64,000 nt of DNA, taken from an uncultured delta proteobacterium (GTDB lineage: Bacteria; Desulfobacterota; Binatia; Binatales; Binataceae). The stretch spans positions 453,627-517,626 of the forward strand of contig CAWFGH010000005.1 in assembly GCA_963815255.1 (NCBI GenBank), given 5' to 3'. The translations under genes and the position numbers were made by a program. This document shows positions 10,269 through 21,497 of the stretch, piece after piece. The notes below the pieces were generated by a model that did not search any database, was not told the DNA's origin, and worked only from the letters and a program-made list of their open reading frames with translations. Position 1 is the stretch's first letter. The number at the start of each line of letters is the position of its first letter.

Positions 10269-11150
10269 CTAAATGGCAAGAGCTGACCACAATGAAGCGA
10301 TTCCAAATTTCTCCTTCATAGCCGCGGTCTTCGCCCAAGGCTCGCCGGGCATGGCTGTGATCAGCCTGTTGAAGACGATGACGAACGCACTCCTGACCCC
10401 ATCCTCGGTCAGTTTGGCTGCTTCCTCAGGAGCGAGCAGCGGACGGATGTCAGTCATGAATCGGGGCGCGGCAAGTTTCGCAAACATCCGCTGCTCGGCC
10501 TGAGCACGGCTTACTGGCGTGGCGCCGCCATCGAGATAAAGCCCAAAGCATTCGACCAAGCGCGCCGTATTGAGGTCGTGGAAGGCTTCAAGAGCGTGGA
10601 AAAGGTCGAGCAGGTCGCGTCCCTTGTTCCTCTGCAAGAGCGCACGGAGCTTAGTGGCGAGGAGTTCTTCGCGTGAAAAAGTCGCGATGTCTGCTCCGCC
10701 CGCATACCAGGGGTTTTCGACTTCATAGCGGATCGTTTGCGGGGGATCGAAGGCGTTAATCTCGCGCGTATTGATCTCGACTTTCAGTCTGATGATTCCG
10801 GAGCCGTCCTCAGCCGGCGCGCGAAATCGCAGCTTCGGCGCGGTGTCGCTTTGCTCGAATGCTGCGCGGCCAAGCCACGGCTCGAGCCTGTCGCGGATGC
10901 GATCGAGCACGGGGCCGATGGGGCCTGCCGCCGTGCGGACAAGGTCAATGTCTTCGGAGTAGCGCAGCGGCTTCGGAAGATGGAGCTTGTGGAGCGCCGT
11001 TCCGCCGCGGAAACGCAGTTCCCGCGCAAGCGTCGGATCGGCGAACAACTCCACGAGCGCGCGGCAGATGATGAGATCCTGCTCTACCTGTCGCATTTCC
11101 GCCCAAGGCGCTTTGGCGCTCCAGGCGATGATGTTCATGCTCGGAATCAT
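10269..11150 (-). CDS. abiEii: AbiEii/AbiGii-family nucleotidyltransferase toxin
   Basis: FRGGTALHKLHL and YSEDIDLV NTase motifs. The chosen start (MIPSMNIIAW) gives an ATGA start/stop overlap with the upstream antitoxin at 11147-11150. Confidence 0.85.
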   Translation of the reverse strand: MIPSMNIIAWSAKAPWAEMRQVEQDLIICRALVELFADPTLARELRFRGGTALHKLHLPKPLRYSEDIDLVRTAAGPIGPVLDRIRDRLEPWLGRAAFEQSDTAPKLRFRAPAEDGSGIIRLKVEINTREINAFDPPQTIRYEVENPWYAGGADIATFSREELLATKLRALLQRNKGRDLLDLFHALEAFHDLNTARLVECFGLYLDGGATPVSRAQAEQRMFAKLAAPRFMTDIRPLLAPEEAAKLTEDGVRSAFVIVFNRLITAMPGEPWAKTAAMKEKFGIASLWSALAI

Positions 11151-11983
11151 TCGTCGCGCTCCGGCAGGCGGCGGACAAGGACGCGCCAACGCTTGTCACG
11201 AGCCACGATCCCCGGAGCCAGATCCGGAACAGACGTTAGCGATGGGTCAAGCTCGGTCCACTGAAGGTGCGAATCGCGCTCGAGGAACGCATGCAGTTTT
11301 TCCGCAGGGTCCGGGAGACCTGAGCGGTCCAGGAGGTATCCGGCCCGTTGAACGACGGATCGCTCGAAGGCATTGCAGAGCGATGCCATTTTCCCGGCAT
11401 CGAGCTTGGGACCGAGGTCCGCGAAGATGGTCAGAACATTGTCGATACCGCCGCTCGCCTCGGGATAGCGGAGAAGATCGAGAAGCGTCAGTTCTACCGA
11501 AGAAACCTTCATTTTGCCGGTATCGGTCTTATGGTCCTCGATGCCGGGGGCAACAGCGTTCAGGTCCTTTTTGAAGTAGAAGGTGATTTTCGACCGGCCG
11601 ACTTGGAAGTTCCGCATCTGCTTGTCGGACACGACCTGGAATTCCATGACCGCATGATGCGCGGCCCCATGAAGTTCGGCGGCTTTCAAGAGGCCGACAT
11701 AATAGGGCCGTTTCTCATGACGCATGAGGTCGTCGATGAAGGATGCTGGCGGCGGACTTCCGAAATTAAGGTTCTGGGGCGGTACGATAACGTAGAAGCC
11801 TTGCCTCGGGTTCAGAAGCCGTCCGCGCTTCTGAAGTTTCTCTGCAGCAGCGAGGAAAGCCCCCCGACCTGTTCTGATGGCCGTCTGTGCTTCGTCACGC
11901 GAAAAAACCAGGCGACCAGCCGCGAGGAGCCCTGTGATATAGGCGGACAGGCTGGACCGGGATATGTCTGGTTCATAATACAT
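11147..11983 (-). CDS. abiEi: AbiEi-family antitoxin / transcriptional regulator
   Basis: 278-aa ORF immediately upstream of, and overlapping, AbiEii. The N-terminal region (LVFSRDEAQTAIRTGRGAFLAAAEKLQKRGRL) looks wHTH-like. Confidence 0.8.
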   Translation of the reverse strand: MYYEPDISRSSLSAYITGLLAAGRLVFSRDEAQTAIRTGRGAFLAAAEKLQKRGRLLNPRQGFYVIVPPQNLNFGSPPPASFIDDLMRHEKRPYYVGLLKAAELHGAAHHAVMEFQVVSDKQMRNFQVGRSKITFYFKKDLNAVAPGIEDHKTDTGKMKVSSVELTLLDLLRYPEASGGIDNVLTIFADLGPKLDAGKMASLCNAFERSVVQRAGYLLDRSGLPDPAEKLHAFLERDSHLQWTELDPSLTSVPDLAPGIVARDKRWRVLVRRLPERDE

Positions 11984-12110
11984 TCTCGACTAATTTAGCA
12001 GTTTTCTGCATACAAGTCATTAAATATTTATAGAACATATCCCGATATCGTCTACAACAGTCGATTTTATCAATATGATTCAAGATAAGTCCACGAACGC
12101 TTTGCGGAAC

Positions 12111-13750
12111 CTACAGACGAGGAGCCGGTGATGGGTTGCGCGCCATTGTGGGCGCAGTTAGCTCTCTGCTGAGGGGCACAGCCGCTTCTAACTGCGGCTC
12201 GGCCGCCGGTTCGGCGGCTTGGGCGTCGCTCTTATCGAGGTCGAGGGCGGCGTTGAGCTGGGCCTGGCGGGCGAGCAATTCCTTCAGACGCGGTTCGTGC
12301 TCGAACGGCCGGTTCGCCTGGGCCTGGTAGTCGGTCAGCGTTTTCTCGAGCCGTTCGATTTGGCGCCGTTCGTCCTCGGCGGCCTTGTCGAGGGCGCGCA
12401 GCGTGTGCTCGCTGCTCTGCATGGGGCCGATCGGATTGTCGGCGTTGATGTGCGCGGTGTAGGTTCCCGCGCCCGGATGAACAGGTCCGGCACGGGTGCT
12501 CCCGGTTTGTCCCGGCTCAGGATTTCAAATCCCCTGAAAGTCGCCCGCAGGCGCGGCGCATGATCGTCGCGGCGGGACAGTACCGCGCGGACGAGTGCCT
12601 TGGCCGCATCCTCTCGCGCACCTTTGCCGGAGAACAGTTGCTTGCCGACAGTCATGGTGAAGTCCTCGGCGTCATGCGCATCGCGCGTCGCGATGTCCGC
12701 ATGGAGAGGCTCGATGGTTTCTCGCGCGTCTTCGATCTTCTCGGGCAAGTTACGAAGCTGCCAGCGGATACTGTGCTGCTGGTTGAGGTGAACCGCGCGC
12801 AGCTGGTCGAGCTTGCGGATCTCGGTGTCGATTTTGACCTTTTCCATGACGGCGGGATTGCCGGAGGCGATGGCCTTGATTTCGGCGTAAGTGAGAGCGC
12901 CGCCTTCGAGACCCTCGGCGGTGCGGACCGAAGTCTGGCCACTCATGACCTGCTGGATGAACCTGGCCTTGGCTTCGAGGGTCTGCCACATATAGGGTCG
13001 AACGAGTCTTCGGTGACGTAGCGGTAAATTTCGACTTCGGGATTGAGATTGCCTTGGCGGAGAATTCTCCCCTCGCGCTGCTCGATGTCACGCGGCCGCC
13101 AAGGCGCGTCGAGATGATGGAGCGCGCGAAGGCGGCGCTGCACATTCATCCCCGCACCCATTTTTTCGGTCGAGCCGATAAAGATGCGGACCCGGCCGCG
13201 TTGACGGCGTTGAAGAGATTCATCTTGGCGAGGTCGCTGTCGGCGTCGTGAATGAAGGCGATTTCGTTTTTGGCAATGCCGGCGGCGATGAGCCGGGAGC
13301 GGACTTCCTCATAGACATTGAAGCGGCCCGGATGGGGCGTGGAGAGGTCGCAGAACACGAGCTGGGTCGAGCGCTCGTTGCGAGTTGCGTCCCACGTCGC
13401 GCGGATTCTCTCGATGGCGCGTCCGAGCTTGGTGTCGCCATGCGCGTCTGCGAAGGGATCGACGAGGCGCATGTCGAGCGCGGCCTTCCTGCCGTCGCCT
13501 GTGATCTTGAGCATGTTGTCTTCGGACGGATCGACGCGCCGTGAGCGGAGTTGCTCGGCCACGTTCAGTAAGCGTTTTGATGTAAGCCTTCAGCGGCTCA
13601 CTTGCCGGGGCCGCGACAATTTGCGGCTTGCCGTTGGCGACAGCCAGGCGCGGCGAATTGAGCATGTCGGCGCAGGCGAGGTACATCAAGCAGAGGGCTC
13701 GTCGCCAGTCCGCTCGTCCCAAGCCAACTGCGAGTGTCGTTGACACGACC
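12111..13750 (-). pseudogene. 3' remnant of a large SNF2-type helicase (helicase/methylase class found on conjugative and integrative elements)
   Basis: Consecutive minus-strand pieces lie in different frames (13309..13752, 13146..13562, 12943..13161, 12335..12991, 12111..12422). Helicase motif VI QREGRILRQGN and DNMLKITGDGRKAALDMRL are present. The N-terminal two thirds are absent. Confidence 0.65.
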
Positions 13751-13884
13751 ACGGCGCGAAGCAGTCCGACGAACTATGATGCGCCGGGCGTGACAGTGAG
13801 TCAGCTCGAGGGCGAAGGCGCGACTGCCCTACGACGACGCGTTGGGCGTGGGTTCGGGGTGTTGATCATTCACTCAGTTGGTCA

Positions 13885-13929
13885 GCGACGACGCGAAGCC
13901 CAAGCCGCGATGCATGGCGGCGGGGTTGG
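13885..13929 (+). repeat. palindrome-containing repeat module R2 (copy 1 of 3)
   Basis: GCGACGACGCGAAGCCCAAGCCGCGATGCATGGCGGCGGGGTTGG. Further copies lie at 14493..14536 and 41299..41345. Confidence 0.8.
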
Positions 13930-13953
13930 TTAGTCGCCCAGTTGTTCCAGCTG

Positions 13954-14313
13954 CTAGGTCTTTAGCAGATCGTCCAGCCGGCGGGTCATCGCCTCGGCGA
14001 TCTCGCCAAGATGCTCCAGCGAAGCGAGCGCGCGATCAAGGAGTTCCTCGGCATATCCGCGACCTTCTGCGGTCGCATCGTGCGCGGCCCGCAACTCCAG
14101 GTTGGTCTGGTCGGTGAAGTCCTCAAGTTGCTGTAGCCGACCGGCCAGCTCCCGCAGGACAGGTGCAGGTAGCCCGAGCATTGCCTTTTTCCATCGAGCG
14201 GCGAGTTCTGGGCAGATATTCCAAAAGTAGTGATGCATCTCGGCCGCCAACAGGTCGCGCTTGCGCCGTATCGCTTCTTCGTCGACCATGAGTACAACTA
14301 TGGCGCGTGTCAC
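13954..14313 (-). CDS. hypothetical helical protein
   Basis: 119-aa ORF downstream of the excisionase gene. A degraded copy of its C-terminus occurs at 40639..40780 on the other strand. Confidence 0.4.
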   Translation of the reverse strand: MTRAIVVLMVDEEAIRRKRDLLAAEMHHYFWNICPELAARWKKAMLGLPAPVLRELAGRLQQLEDFTDQTNLELRAAHDATAEGRGYAEELLDRALASLEHLGEIAEAMTRRLDDLLKT

Positions 14314-14393
14314 GATCCGAGTCTGCCCGTGATATTGGGCGGCCCGGATATTTTGAGCGTGGACTGCGGTGCGCTGGGTCAGATCGAGCGGCT

Positions 14394-14484
14394 CCGGACT
14401 TTTTGAAGCGAAAAATTTGGGAGAATTGGTTTTTGATTGTGCGCGCGGGGAATCCGGATCGCGCGGATTCGGAGTAAAACTGGG
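14394..14484 (+). repeat. repeat with family-1 head, subfamily 2
   Basis: CCGGACTTTTTGAAGCGAAAAATTTGGGAGAATTGGTTTTTGAT...GGGGAATCCGGATCGCGCGGATTC aligns with 25211..25284. Confidence 0.75.
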
Positions 14485-14492
14485 TTGCTCAA

Positions 14493-14536
14493 CGACGACG
14501 CGAAGCCCATGCCGCGACGCATGACGGCGGGGTTGG
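14493..14536 (+). repeat. repeat module R2 (copy 2)
   Basis: CGACGACGCGAAGCCCATGCCGCGACGCATGACGGCGGGGTTGG. Confidence 0.8.
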
Positions 14537-14642
14537 GCGTTCGTCTCTCTGACGGCTGCTCAGAGTGAGGAGTGACGACCGAAACGTAAGAGGCGGGATC
14601 GCTAGCCCTTGGGTCCTCGGTAGCCCCCAGTCTTCCCCGTTC

Positions 14643-14849
14643 CTACTTGAGAGCGTGGTTTTTCTGCTTTGAGAGGCTACGTGGACTCTCAGCCATCAAT
14701 CGCAGTATCACGTCTTTCCGGAATCGCCATTTGAGGCCGATTCGGAAGCTCGGAATCTTGCCCTGCCTGATCAGTTTGTAAACCGTGGACGGGTGAACTC
14801 GGAGTAAATCGCAAATTTCCTTTACCGTCAGGACGTCATCGTCGGCCAT
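14643..14849 (-). CDS. excisionase/AlpA-family helix-turn-helix DNA-binding protein
   Basis: 68 aa. LTVKEICDLLRVHPSTVYKLIRQGKIPSFRIG is a typical excisionase-type HTH. Confidence 0.85.
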   Translation of the reverse strand: MADDDVLTVKEICDLLRVHPSTVYKLIRQGKIPSFRIGLKWRFRKDVILRLMAESPRSLSKQKNHALK

Positions 14850-15176
14850 CGGTCTAAGGGCGTCTTTCGTTTGAACTTATGGGTATTAATAGCACACTTG
14901 AGACCGCAATAGCCATGCAAAGAGAGGCCGCCTGCATCCGTGGGCTTTAGTAGTCGGGTCCGATTCGTGTAGCGGCAAGACTTCCAAGCAGCGTCCCCGG
15001 ATTTGCACAAGTCCCGCAAACTTCGTGGAGAAGGCCACGCCACCCCGCAGGCGCTCGCCTATATTTCGATGGTGTCGCGAGGGTTGGTTCCTGCGACGGA
15101 CTTGGCGGTTACCGGGTGACCAAGTGAAGGCCGCGGCCACTTGGTGACGAGGCGTAGACTCGGTGGTCCAATTATT

Positions 15177-15440
15177 CCAGACTTTTTGAGGAAAATTTCG
15201 TGAGCGACCAGCCGCCCGTTTCCGTGACCCTTCGATCAAACATCACACCCCCCTACCCCCCGCACTGCCGCGGCGACGGAGGGCTCGAAGCCAGGCGGGT
15301 CGTCGAGACCTCGGCGCCAGGGCCACGAAGCAAACCGAGTGCGGCGAGGCGGCTCCGGGTAGCCGGTTGACCGAGTGACCGGGCAGCCCGAAAGGGAGGT
15401 GCCAAGCAGTGGTCCGGCGCTGCCGAAGCGGCGGCCACAT
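15177..15440 (+). repeat. dispersed repeat family 1, long copy A
   Basis: Head CCAGACTTTTTGAGGAAAATTTCGTGAGCG, then CAGCCGCCCGTTTCC, ACCCCCCTACCCCC, GGCTCGAAGCC, GTCGTCGAGA and GGGCCACGAAGCAA. It aligns along about 200 nt with copy C. Confidence 0.8.
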
Positions 15441-15570
15441 CACGCGACGGTCGTTCCTTGCGTAGACGGAGTCGAAGTCGAGCGCCGGTATGCCCTTACA
15501 GAGCCCGCTGCGCTTCTCAAGGGCGGGATGCTACAAGGAGAGCGAGTTGCTTGGTTTTCCGAGTAAGGCG

Positions 15571-18500
15571 ATGCGCTGTTCGAAGTGCGGGACGGAAAGC
15601 ACAGACGCTAAGAAATTCTGCGCCGAATGTGGCGGCCCGCTGTTCAGTCGCTGTCCAAAATGCGGCTGCGGAAAACAAGCCTACATCCAAATTTTGTGAG
15701 GAGTGTGGCACCGCACTCGATGGTCACGCGGCATCTGCCGCTACCAGTTCAGCTCAAGCTGCATCAACGACTCCCAATATTCGTGTCACGCCGGAGCAGT
15801 CGGCCGGCGATCCGCTCGACGGCGAGCGCAAGACGGTGACGGCGCTGTTCGCGGATATCAAGGGCTCGATGGAGTTGATGGAGGACCTCGACCCTGAGGA
15901 AGCGCGCGCGATCGTCGATCCGGCGCTGAAGCTGATGATCGACGCGGTGCATCGCTACGACGGTTACGTCGTGCAATCCACCGGCGATGGCATCTTCGCG
16001 CTGTTCGGTGCGCCGGTCGCGCACGAGGATCATCCGCAGCGCGCGCTCTATGCCGCACTCCGTATGCAGGAGGAGATGAGCCGCTACTCCGGCGAAGTTG
16101 CGCGAGGCGGGCAAGCCGCCACTCGAGGTTCGCGTTGGCGTCAATACCGGCGAAGTCGTGGTGCGTTCGATCAAGACCGGCGACGCGCATACCGAGTACA
16201 CGCCGATTGGCCATTCGACCAGCCTGGCGTCGCGGATGCAGACGCTGGCGCCGACCGGCTCGATCGCAGTCACCGAGAGCACTGCGAAGCTCTGCGACGG
16301 ATACTTCGCGTTCAAGGCGCTCGGGCCCGCACGGGTCAAGGGTGTCAGCGAGCCGGTTCAGCGTTTACGAGGTGATCGGGCTGGGGCCGCTGCGTACCCG
16401 CCTGCAGCGCGCGGCCGGACGAGGGCTGACCAAGTTCGTCGGGCGCGAGCGCGAGATGGAGGCGATGCAGGCATGCCGCGGAGCATGGCGCAGGGCGGGC
16501 GCGGACAGATCGTCGCGGCGATGGCGGAGCCGGGCATCGGAAAGTCGCGGCTGTTCTTCGAGTTCAAGGCCACCATCGCGTCGGGCTGGATGGTGCTGGA
16601 AGCGTTCTCAGTCTCGCACGGCAAGGCCAGCGCCTACCTGCCCGTCATCGATTTGCTGCACAGCTATTTCAGGATCGTCGGCGGAAGATGACGAGCGTAC
16701 CCGGCGCGAAAAGGTCGCGCGGCAAGGTGCTCGATGCTGGATCGAACGCTCGAAGACACGCTGCCCTACCTGTTCGCGCTGCTCGGAATCGTCGAAGGCG
16801 AGGATCCGCTGGCCAGATGGACCTGCAGATCAGAAACGGCGCACGCTGGACGCGATCAAGCGAATCCTGTTGCGCGAATCGCTCAATCAGCCGCTGATAG
16901 TGATCTTCGAGGACCTGCACTGGATCGACGAGGAGACCCAGGCGTTTCTCAATCTGCTCGCAGATTCTATCGGCACCGCGAAGATGTTGCTGCTGGTCAA
17001 CTACCGTCCCGAATACTCGCATCAATGGAATAGCAAGACCTACTACACGCAGTTGCGGCTCGATCCGCTTGGCAAGGAAAGCGCCGAGGAGATGCTGACC
17101 GCGCTGCTGGGCGACGGTGCGGAAATGCGCGCCGCTCAAGCGCCTGATCATCGAGCGCACGGAAGGCAATCCCTTCTTCATGGAAGAGACCTTCCAGGTG
17201 CTGATCGAGGAGGGCGCGCTGGTGCGCAACGGCCGCGGTGAAACTCACCAAGTCGCTGAAGCAGCTGAAGATCCCGCCCACCGTGCAAGCGATCCTCGCT
17301 GCGCGCATCGACCGTTTGCCGGCCGATCAGAAGGAGTTGCTGCAGACGCTGGCGGTGATGGGCGAGAAGTTCCGCTCGGCCTGGTCCAACGCGTGACGCG
17401 CAAGCCGACGACGAGCTGAAGCGGATGCTCTCGCGAGCTGCAGCTGGCCGAGTTCATCTACGAGCAACCGGCGGTGGGCGACGCCGAGTACACCTTCAAA
17501 CATGCACTGACGCAGGAGGTGGCTTACAACTCGATGCTTGATCGAACGGCGCCGGGATCTGCACGAGCGCGCCGGCGAGCCATCGAGGAGCTGTACTTCG
17601 CGAGCGCTCGACGACCACCTGGCCGAGCTGGCTCATCATTACGGCCGCAGCGCAAATCTCCGCAAGGCGGTGCATTACTTGGGGCGGGCCGGAAACCAAG
17701 CTTTGGAGCGCTCAGCCTTCTCGGAAGGCCGAATCCTGCTGAGCAGGGGGCTCGAACTGCTCAAGGAACTGCCCGACGACACGCAACGCGTGCGCGAAGA
17801 GATCGACTTGCAGACCGCTCTGGCTTGGTTGTTATTCGCGATGGGAGCCCCTGGCGGATCCGAGCGAGAGACCGCCTATGTTCGAGCAAGGGAGTTAAGC
17901 GAACGGCTGGGGGATAAGGCGAAATTGATCGAGGCGCTCACTTTTCTCTCCAATGTTCGCGTAAACCGGGCGGAACTACACCCGGCGAGAGATCTGGCCG
18001 AGCAGGCCGTTGCCATGGCAGAGCTCGTAGAAAATCCTGGGATAGTGGCCAGAGCTCATTACCAGTTGGGCCAGGTATTTTTCTACCAGGGCGCATACGC
18101 TGCTTCGCGCGAGCATTTAGAACAGGCACATGAACTCTTCGGCCCTGGACCGTATCGAAATTTCTTTGATGCGTGGTATGCGAGATGGAACGCTTACTAC
18201 TTGGTTTTAGTTGCAGCTGTTAGCGGGTATCCGGACACGGCGCTCAAACGAAGCCGCGAAGCGTTATCCGCCGCGAGGCGCTCGTCTGATCCTGATTCTA
18301 TTGGCGTTGCTCTACATACCCACGCCACCCTCATTTGGGTGCTTGGGGACCCTCGGATGGCGCTGGGAACCGCGGAAGAATTGCTTGCGCTGAGCGCCGA
18401 GCACGACATGCCGTTTTTGATGCTGATTGGATCTTGTTGGCGCGGCTGGGCGTTGGCGGCTCACGGACGGGTTGAGGAAGGAATCACGGCGCTGCAGCGT

Positions 18501-18941
18501 GCCCGCGCGGCCTCGGCGGAAGCGGCCCTTGTCCTGCTCATGGTGCTGCATATGTTGGCGGAGGTCTATCTGTGGGGCCGACGCTCCGACGAAGGGCTCG
18601 ATGCAGTCGCTAACGGGCTGGCGCTAGCGCAGAAGACCGGGTCAGGAGGTCTCGAGCCGGAACTGTATCAGATTAAAGGGGACCTGTTATTGCTGCAGGG
18701 CGCGCCTAAAGCTGCGGAGGCCGAGCGGTGCTTCCGCCAAGCCATCCGGATTACGCGAGACCAGAGCAATAGATTGTGGAATTTGCGTGCCACTACGAGT
18801 CTCGCGCGGCTGCTCGCAAAGCAGGGGCGCTGCGACGAAGCGCGCGCGATGCTCGCCGAAATCTACGGCTGGTTCACCGAGGGTTTCGACACCGCCGACC
18901 TGAAAGACGCAAAGGCGCTGCTCGACCAACTAAACGCATAG
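15571..18941 (+). pseudogene. zinc-ribbon / class III adenylate cyclase / AAA (STAND) ATPase / TPR protein, multiply frameshifted
   Basis: Signatures present: MRCSKCG..KFCAECG, TALFADIKGS..STGDGIFALFG, AEPGIGKSRL, IVIFEDLHWIDEETQ, ERTEGNPFFMEE, then a TPR tail ending [25 protein letters not shown]. They are spread over ORF pieces in all three plus frames, needing at least eight frame changes. Confidence 0.8.
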
Positions 18942-19262
18942 CCGGTTCGGTCTGATATCCTCGCCTCGGCCAAAGATCTCGATTCAGGCTCATGGGGCAA
19001 CCGCGACATGCTAAGTCGGGACCGCTTGCTTGTCACGGCTTTGAATTGCTCCGCCGCGCTCATTGGTCGCAGCGCCTGCCTTCGTGGCGTTCCTTTCCAC
19101 CTACAAACTCTCAGTCTGGGATGAAGAGCGCGAGGGTCGAAGAAGGTTCGAGTTCGATATGCCGTGGCTTAGACACGTCGCGACGGAGCCGACCGGATGG
19201 CTGGCGGCTCCGTCCGAAAACCAAAGAATAGGCTATTACTGTAGGAATGTTTCGCTTGCACT

Positions 19263-19999
19263 ATCCAAGACGGCTCATATCTTTTCCCTGCTGCACGAGA
19301 TATTTTAAAAATTCGCGGCCTAACACTGTGATTGTAACGACATTTCCTTCTTGCAGCACCAGTTTGTTGTTGCCGGCTAAAAATAGAAACCATTGATCGA
19401 ACGTGCGGTTTCGAAAGGATTCCGGCACCGTCAAGAGGCCTTCATCGAAATAGTGTCGCAGTTCGTCAAGTGACAGCGTGCGATTTGTTTAGATCATTCA
19501 GCGCCCGCAATTGACTTCCGAATATATTGAGGTAGGTCATCTCAAACGCAGCAACTGCGATCACAGAAGCGATTACTCGGACAAGATACCTTTCACGTTC
19601 ATTGCCAGGTTCGTACTTCTCTGATTCCGTGCGGACAGCCTTTTCAAGATCGGTCAACAGAGGATTATCGAATGTCTTGTAAAAATCCGCGGCCTTTAGG
19701 AACGACTCAGTGTTCTCGGTCCCCTGTTTTTGTGATTGGTATTGCTTCTGCTGCGGATGAAAGGCCTTATAGATCGCGATCCAGCTAGGCAACAAAAAGA
19801 CTAATCCAACGATCAGAAGCAGACCGAAAAGGACAAAAGGATGTCCCGCTTCATCAACTGCCGGTCTCGAGTGTGTGTAGGACTCTGGCCGCACGTTCCA
19901 GCCATAATAGGCCGCAACTGCATAGAACGCCGCGACCCCGCAGAAAAGATTTCCGAGTATGGAAGAACCAAGAATAGCGGGTAGGGACAATTTTCTCAT
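19263..19999 (-). CDS. membrane protein (two predicted TM helices), apparent frameshift near 19470
   Basis: 177-aa ORF 19466..19999. A coding-looking continuation follows in the +1 frame (TLSLDELRHYFDEGLLTVPESFRNRTFDQWFLFLAGNNKLVLQEGNVVTITVLGREFLKYLVQQGKDMSRLG, stop at about 19263). Confidence 0.45.
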
Positions 20000-20109
20000 A
20001 TTGGTCCTATTATGTTCGCGTGTGGTCCTATCAGCGACGAGCGCAAACCGTACCTTTATGAGGGAGGTAGTTCCGCTACCCGAAGGATGTTCTCAAAAGC
20101 GTCTGTTTG

Positions 20110-20493
20110 CTACCGGGCGAATACCGAAGGCGCAAGAGTCCGAAAGACGACAGAAAAGCTAAGGCTTAGATTTGAGGTATCCTTGATTTGCTGCTGCGAC
20201 AGGTGCACCGGCTTCGCGACCATTTCATCCACCAATACCTTGTACCTGAAGGCTTCCATATACACGGTCGCGGTCTGTTGTAGGTGAGCCGGCGAAAGAC
20301 GCTCAGCGATCAGCGGCAGTTGGCTCTCGAACTGCTCGCGCGTTAGAGCTATGCGGAACGGCACGAAAAGATTCTGCTTTACAAACGATAACAGAACTAC
20401 TGCGTTGTTGACCGCTTCGATACCGACAGCGCGCATTGCTGCTATGAACCGCCTCTCCTGTGCCTCGCGATCTGTCTGCTCTCGCACTTGCAA
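20110..20493 (-). CDS. hypothetical protein
   Basis: 127-aa ORF co-directional with its neighbours. No recognisable motif. Confidence 0.4.
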   Translation of the reverse strand: MQVREQTDREAQERRFIAAMRAVGIEAVNNAVVLLSFVKQNLFVPFRIALTREQFESQLPLIAERLSPAHLQQTATVYMEAFRYKVLVDEMVAKPVHLSQQQIKDTSNLSLSFSVVFRTLAPSVFAR

Positions 20494-20819
20494 CTGCTTC
20501 TGGAAGGTGGCCTCTCTGCGATCTCACTCATCGCGCTGCATTTTCAGCTGACCCGACAGCGTCCACCAAACCCCGCACAGGGCAAGAGCGCCGACGATAA
20601 TCGAATCTCGGAAAATATATGGATGCTTGGACGAGCCAATCCGCAAAAGACATGGGCGGTCACCTCCCGTCCAATATACAGCGCCCATACCCCTATGCTA
20701 TGGAAGGATGACTGGCCTGTGGCGCGCTTAGGGAGAACGACCCAGGGACGATGTGCGAGGCGACCGCGGCATCGCGACCATCGCTTGCTGATTCGTCCGC
20801 TCTGCCGTGTGGTAGGCGT

Positions 20820-21497
20820 TCAGCATTCCGATCGCTTCGAAGGAATCGACAGCGTGCGGCTATCGCCTTCTAGGTATATCAGGCGCGAAAAACTGGCAGC
20901 GATTATCGAGACGGTCCTGAACCCGCTACGGGGCAGGGCGGCAAGAAGCGGGCGCAAGATAGAAAGCGCCTTAGGTAAACACACAACAACGCTGGTGGGA
21001 GCGTTCTCGTAGAGAACAAGATCGTAGGCGTCGGCCCGGGTCCAACGTCCAGTCGCCAGCCCGTCGCCTTTTGTGCGTATTCTTGCGCAGACCTTAGCTG
21101 CCCAATCGTGCTCTGGCGCGTCACCTACCACGGGATCGCCTCCGAAAACAGGTTCCCCCTCAGACCGCTCACTCTTGATGAACAAGCGATGCGCCTCCGG
21201 TGTGCTCGCCTCGGTCGCCTCGAGACCGATTTGAGCGCCTCCCGGCATGCCAAGCGTGAAGTCCGGCGATTCTGATTGCTTGGCATGGATAACGGTCAAC
21301 GGATACGCCAGGGAGCCTGCGACCGCTAGTGCGCGCAGGTATCTGCCCAACATCCACAATTCCGTGTCGAGCGACTCTCTTTCATCATGCGGCGGCACTT
21401 GGCAGCGTTCGTCGAACTCGACCACGTCCTCCTCGTTGCGAAACATGATGGTGAACGGTTCCTCGGAAGGCCGACGCGTGCCGCGTGATTTTTTCAT
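20820..21497 (-). CDS. hypothetical protein, paralog of 47797..48471 (possible nuclease fold)
   Basis: 225 aa, visibly well conserved with the 224-aa ORF at 47797..48471 over the full length. SESPDFTL...IGLEATEA is weakly reminiscent of a PD-(D/E)XK core. Confidence 0.65.
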   Translation of the reverse strand: MKKSRGTRRPSEEPFTIMFRNEEDVVEFDERCQVPPHDERESLDTELWMLGRYLRALAVAGSLAYPLTVIHAKQSESPDFTLGMPGGAQIGLEATEASTPEAHRLFIKSERSEGEPVFGGDPVVGDAPEHDWAAKVCARIRTKGDGLATGRWTRADAYDLVLYENAPTSVVVCLPKALSILRPLLAALPRSGFRTVSIIAASFSRLIYLEGDSRTLSIPSKRSEC

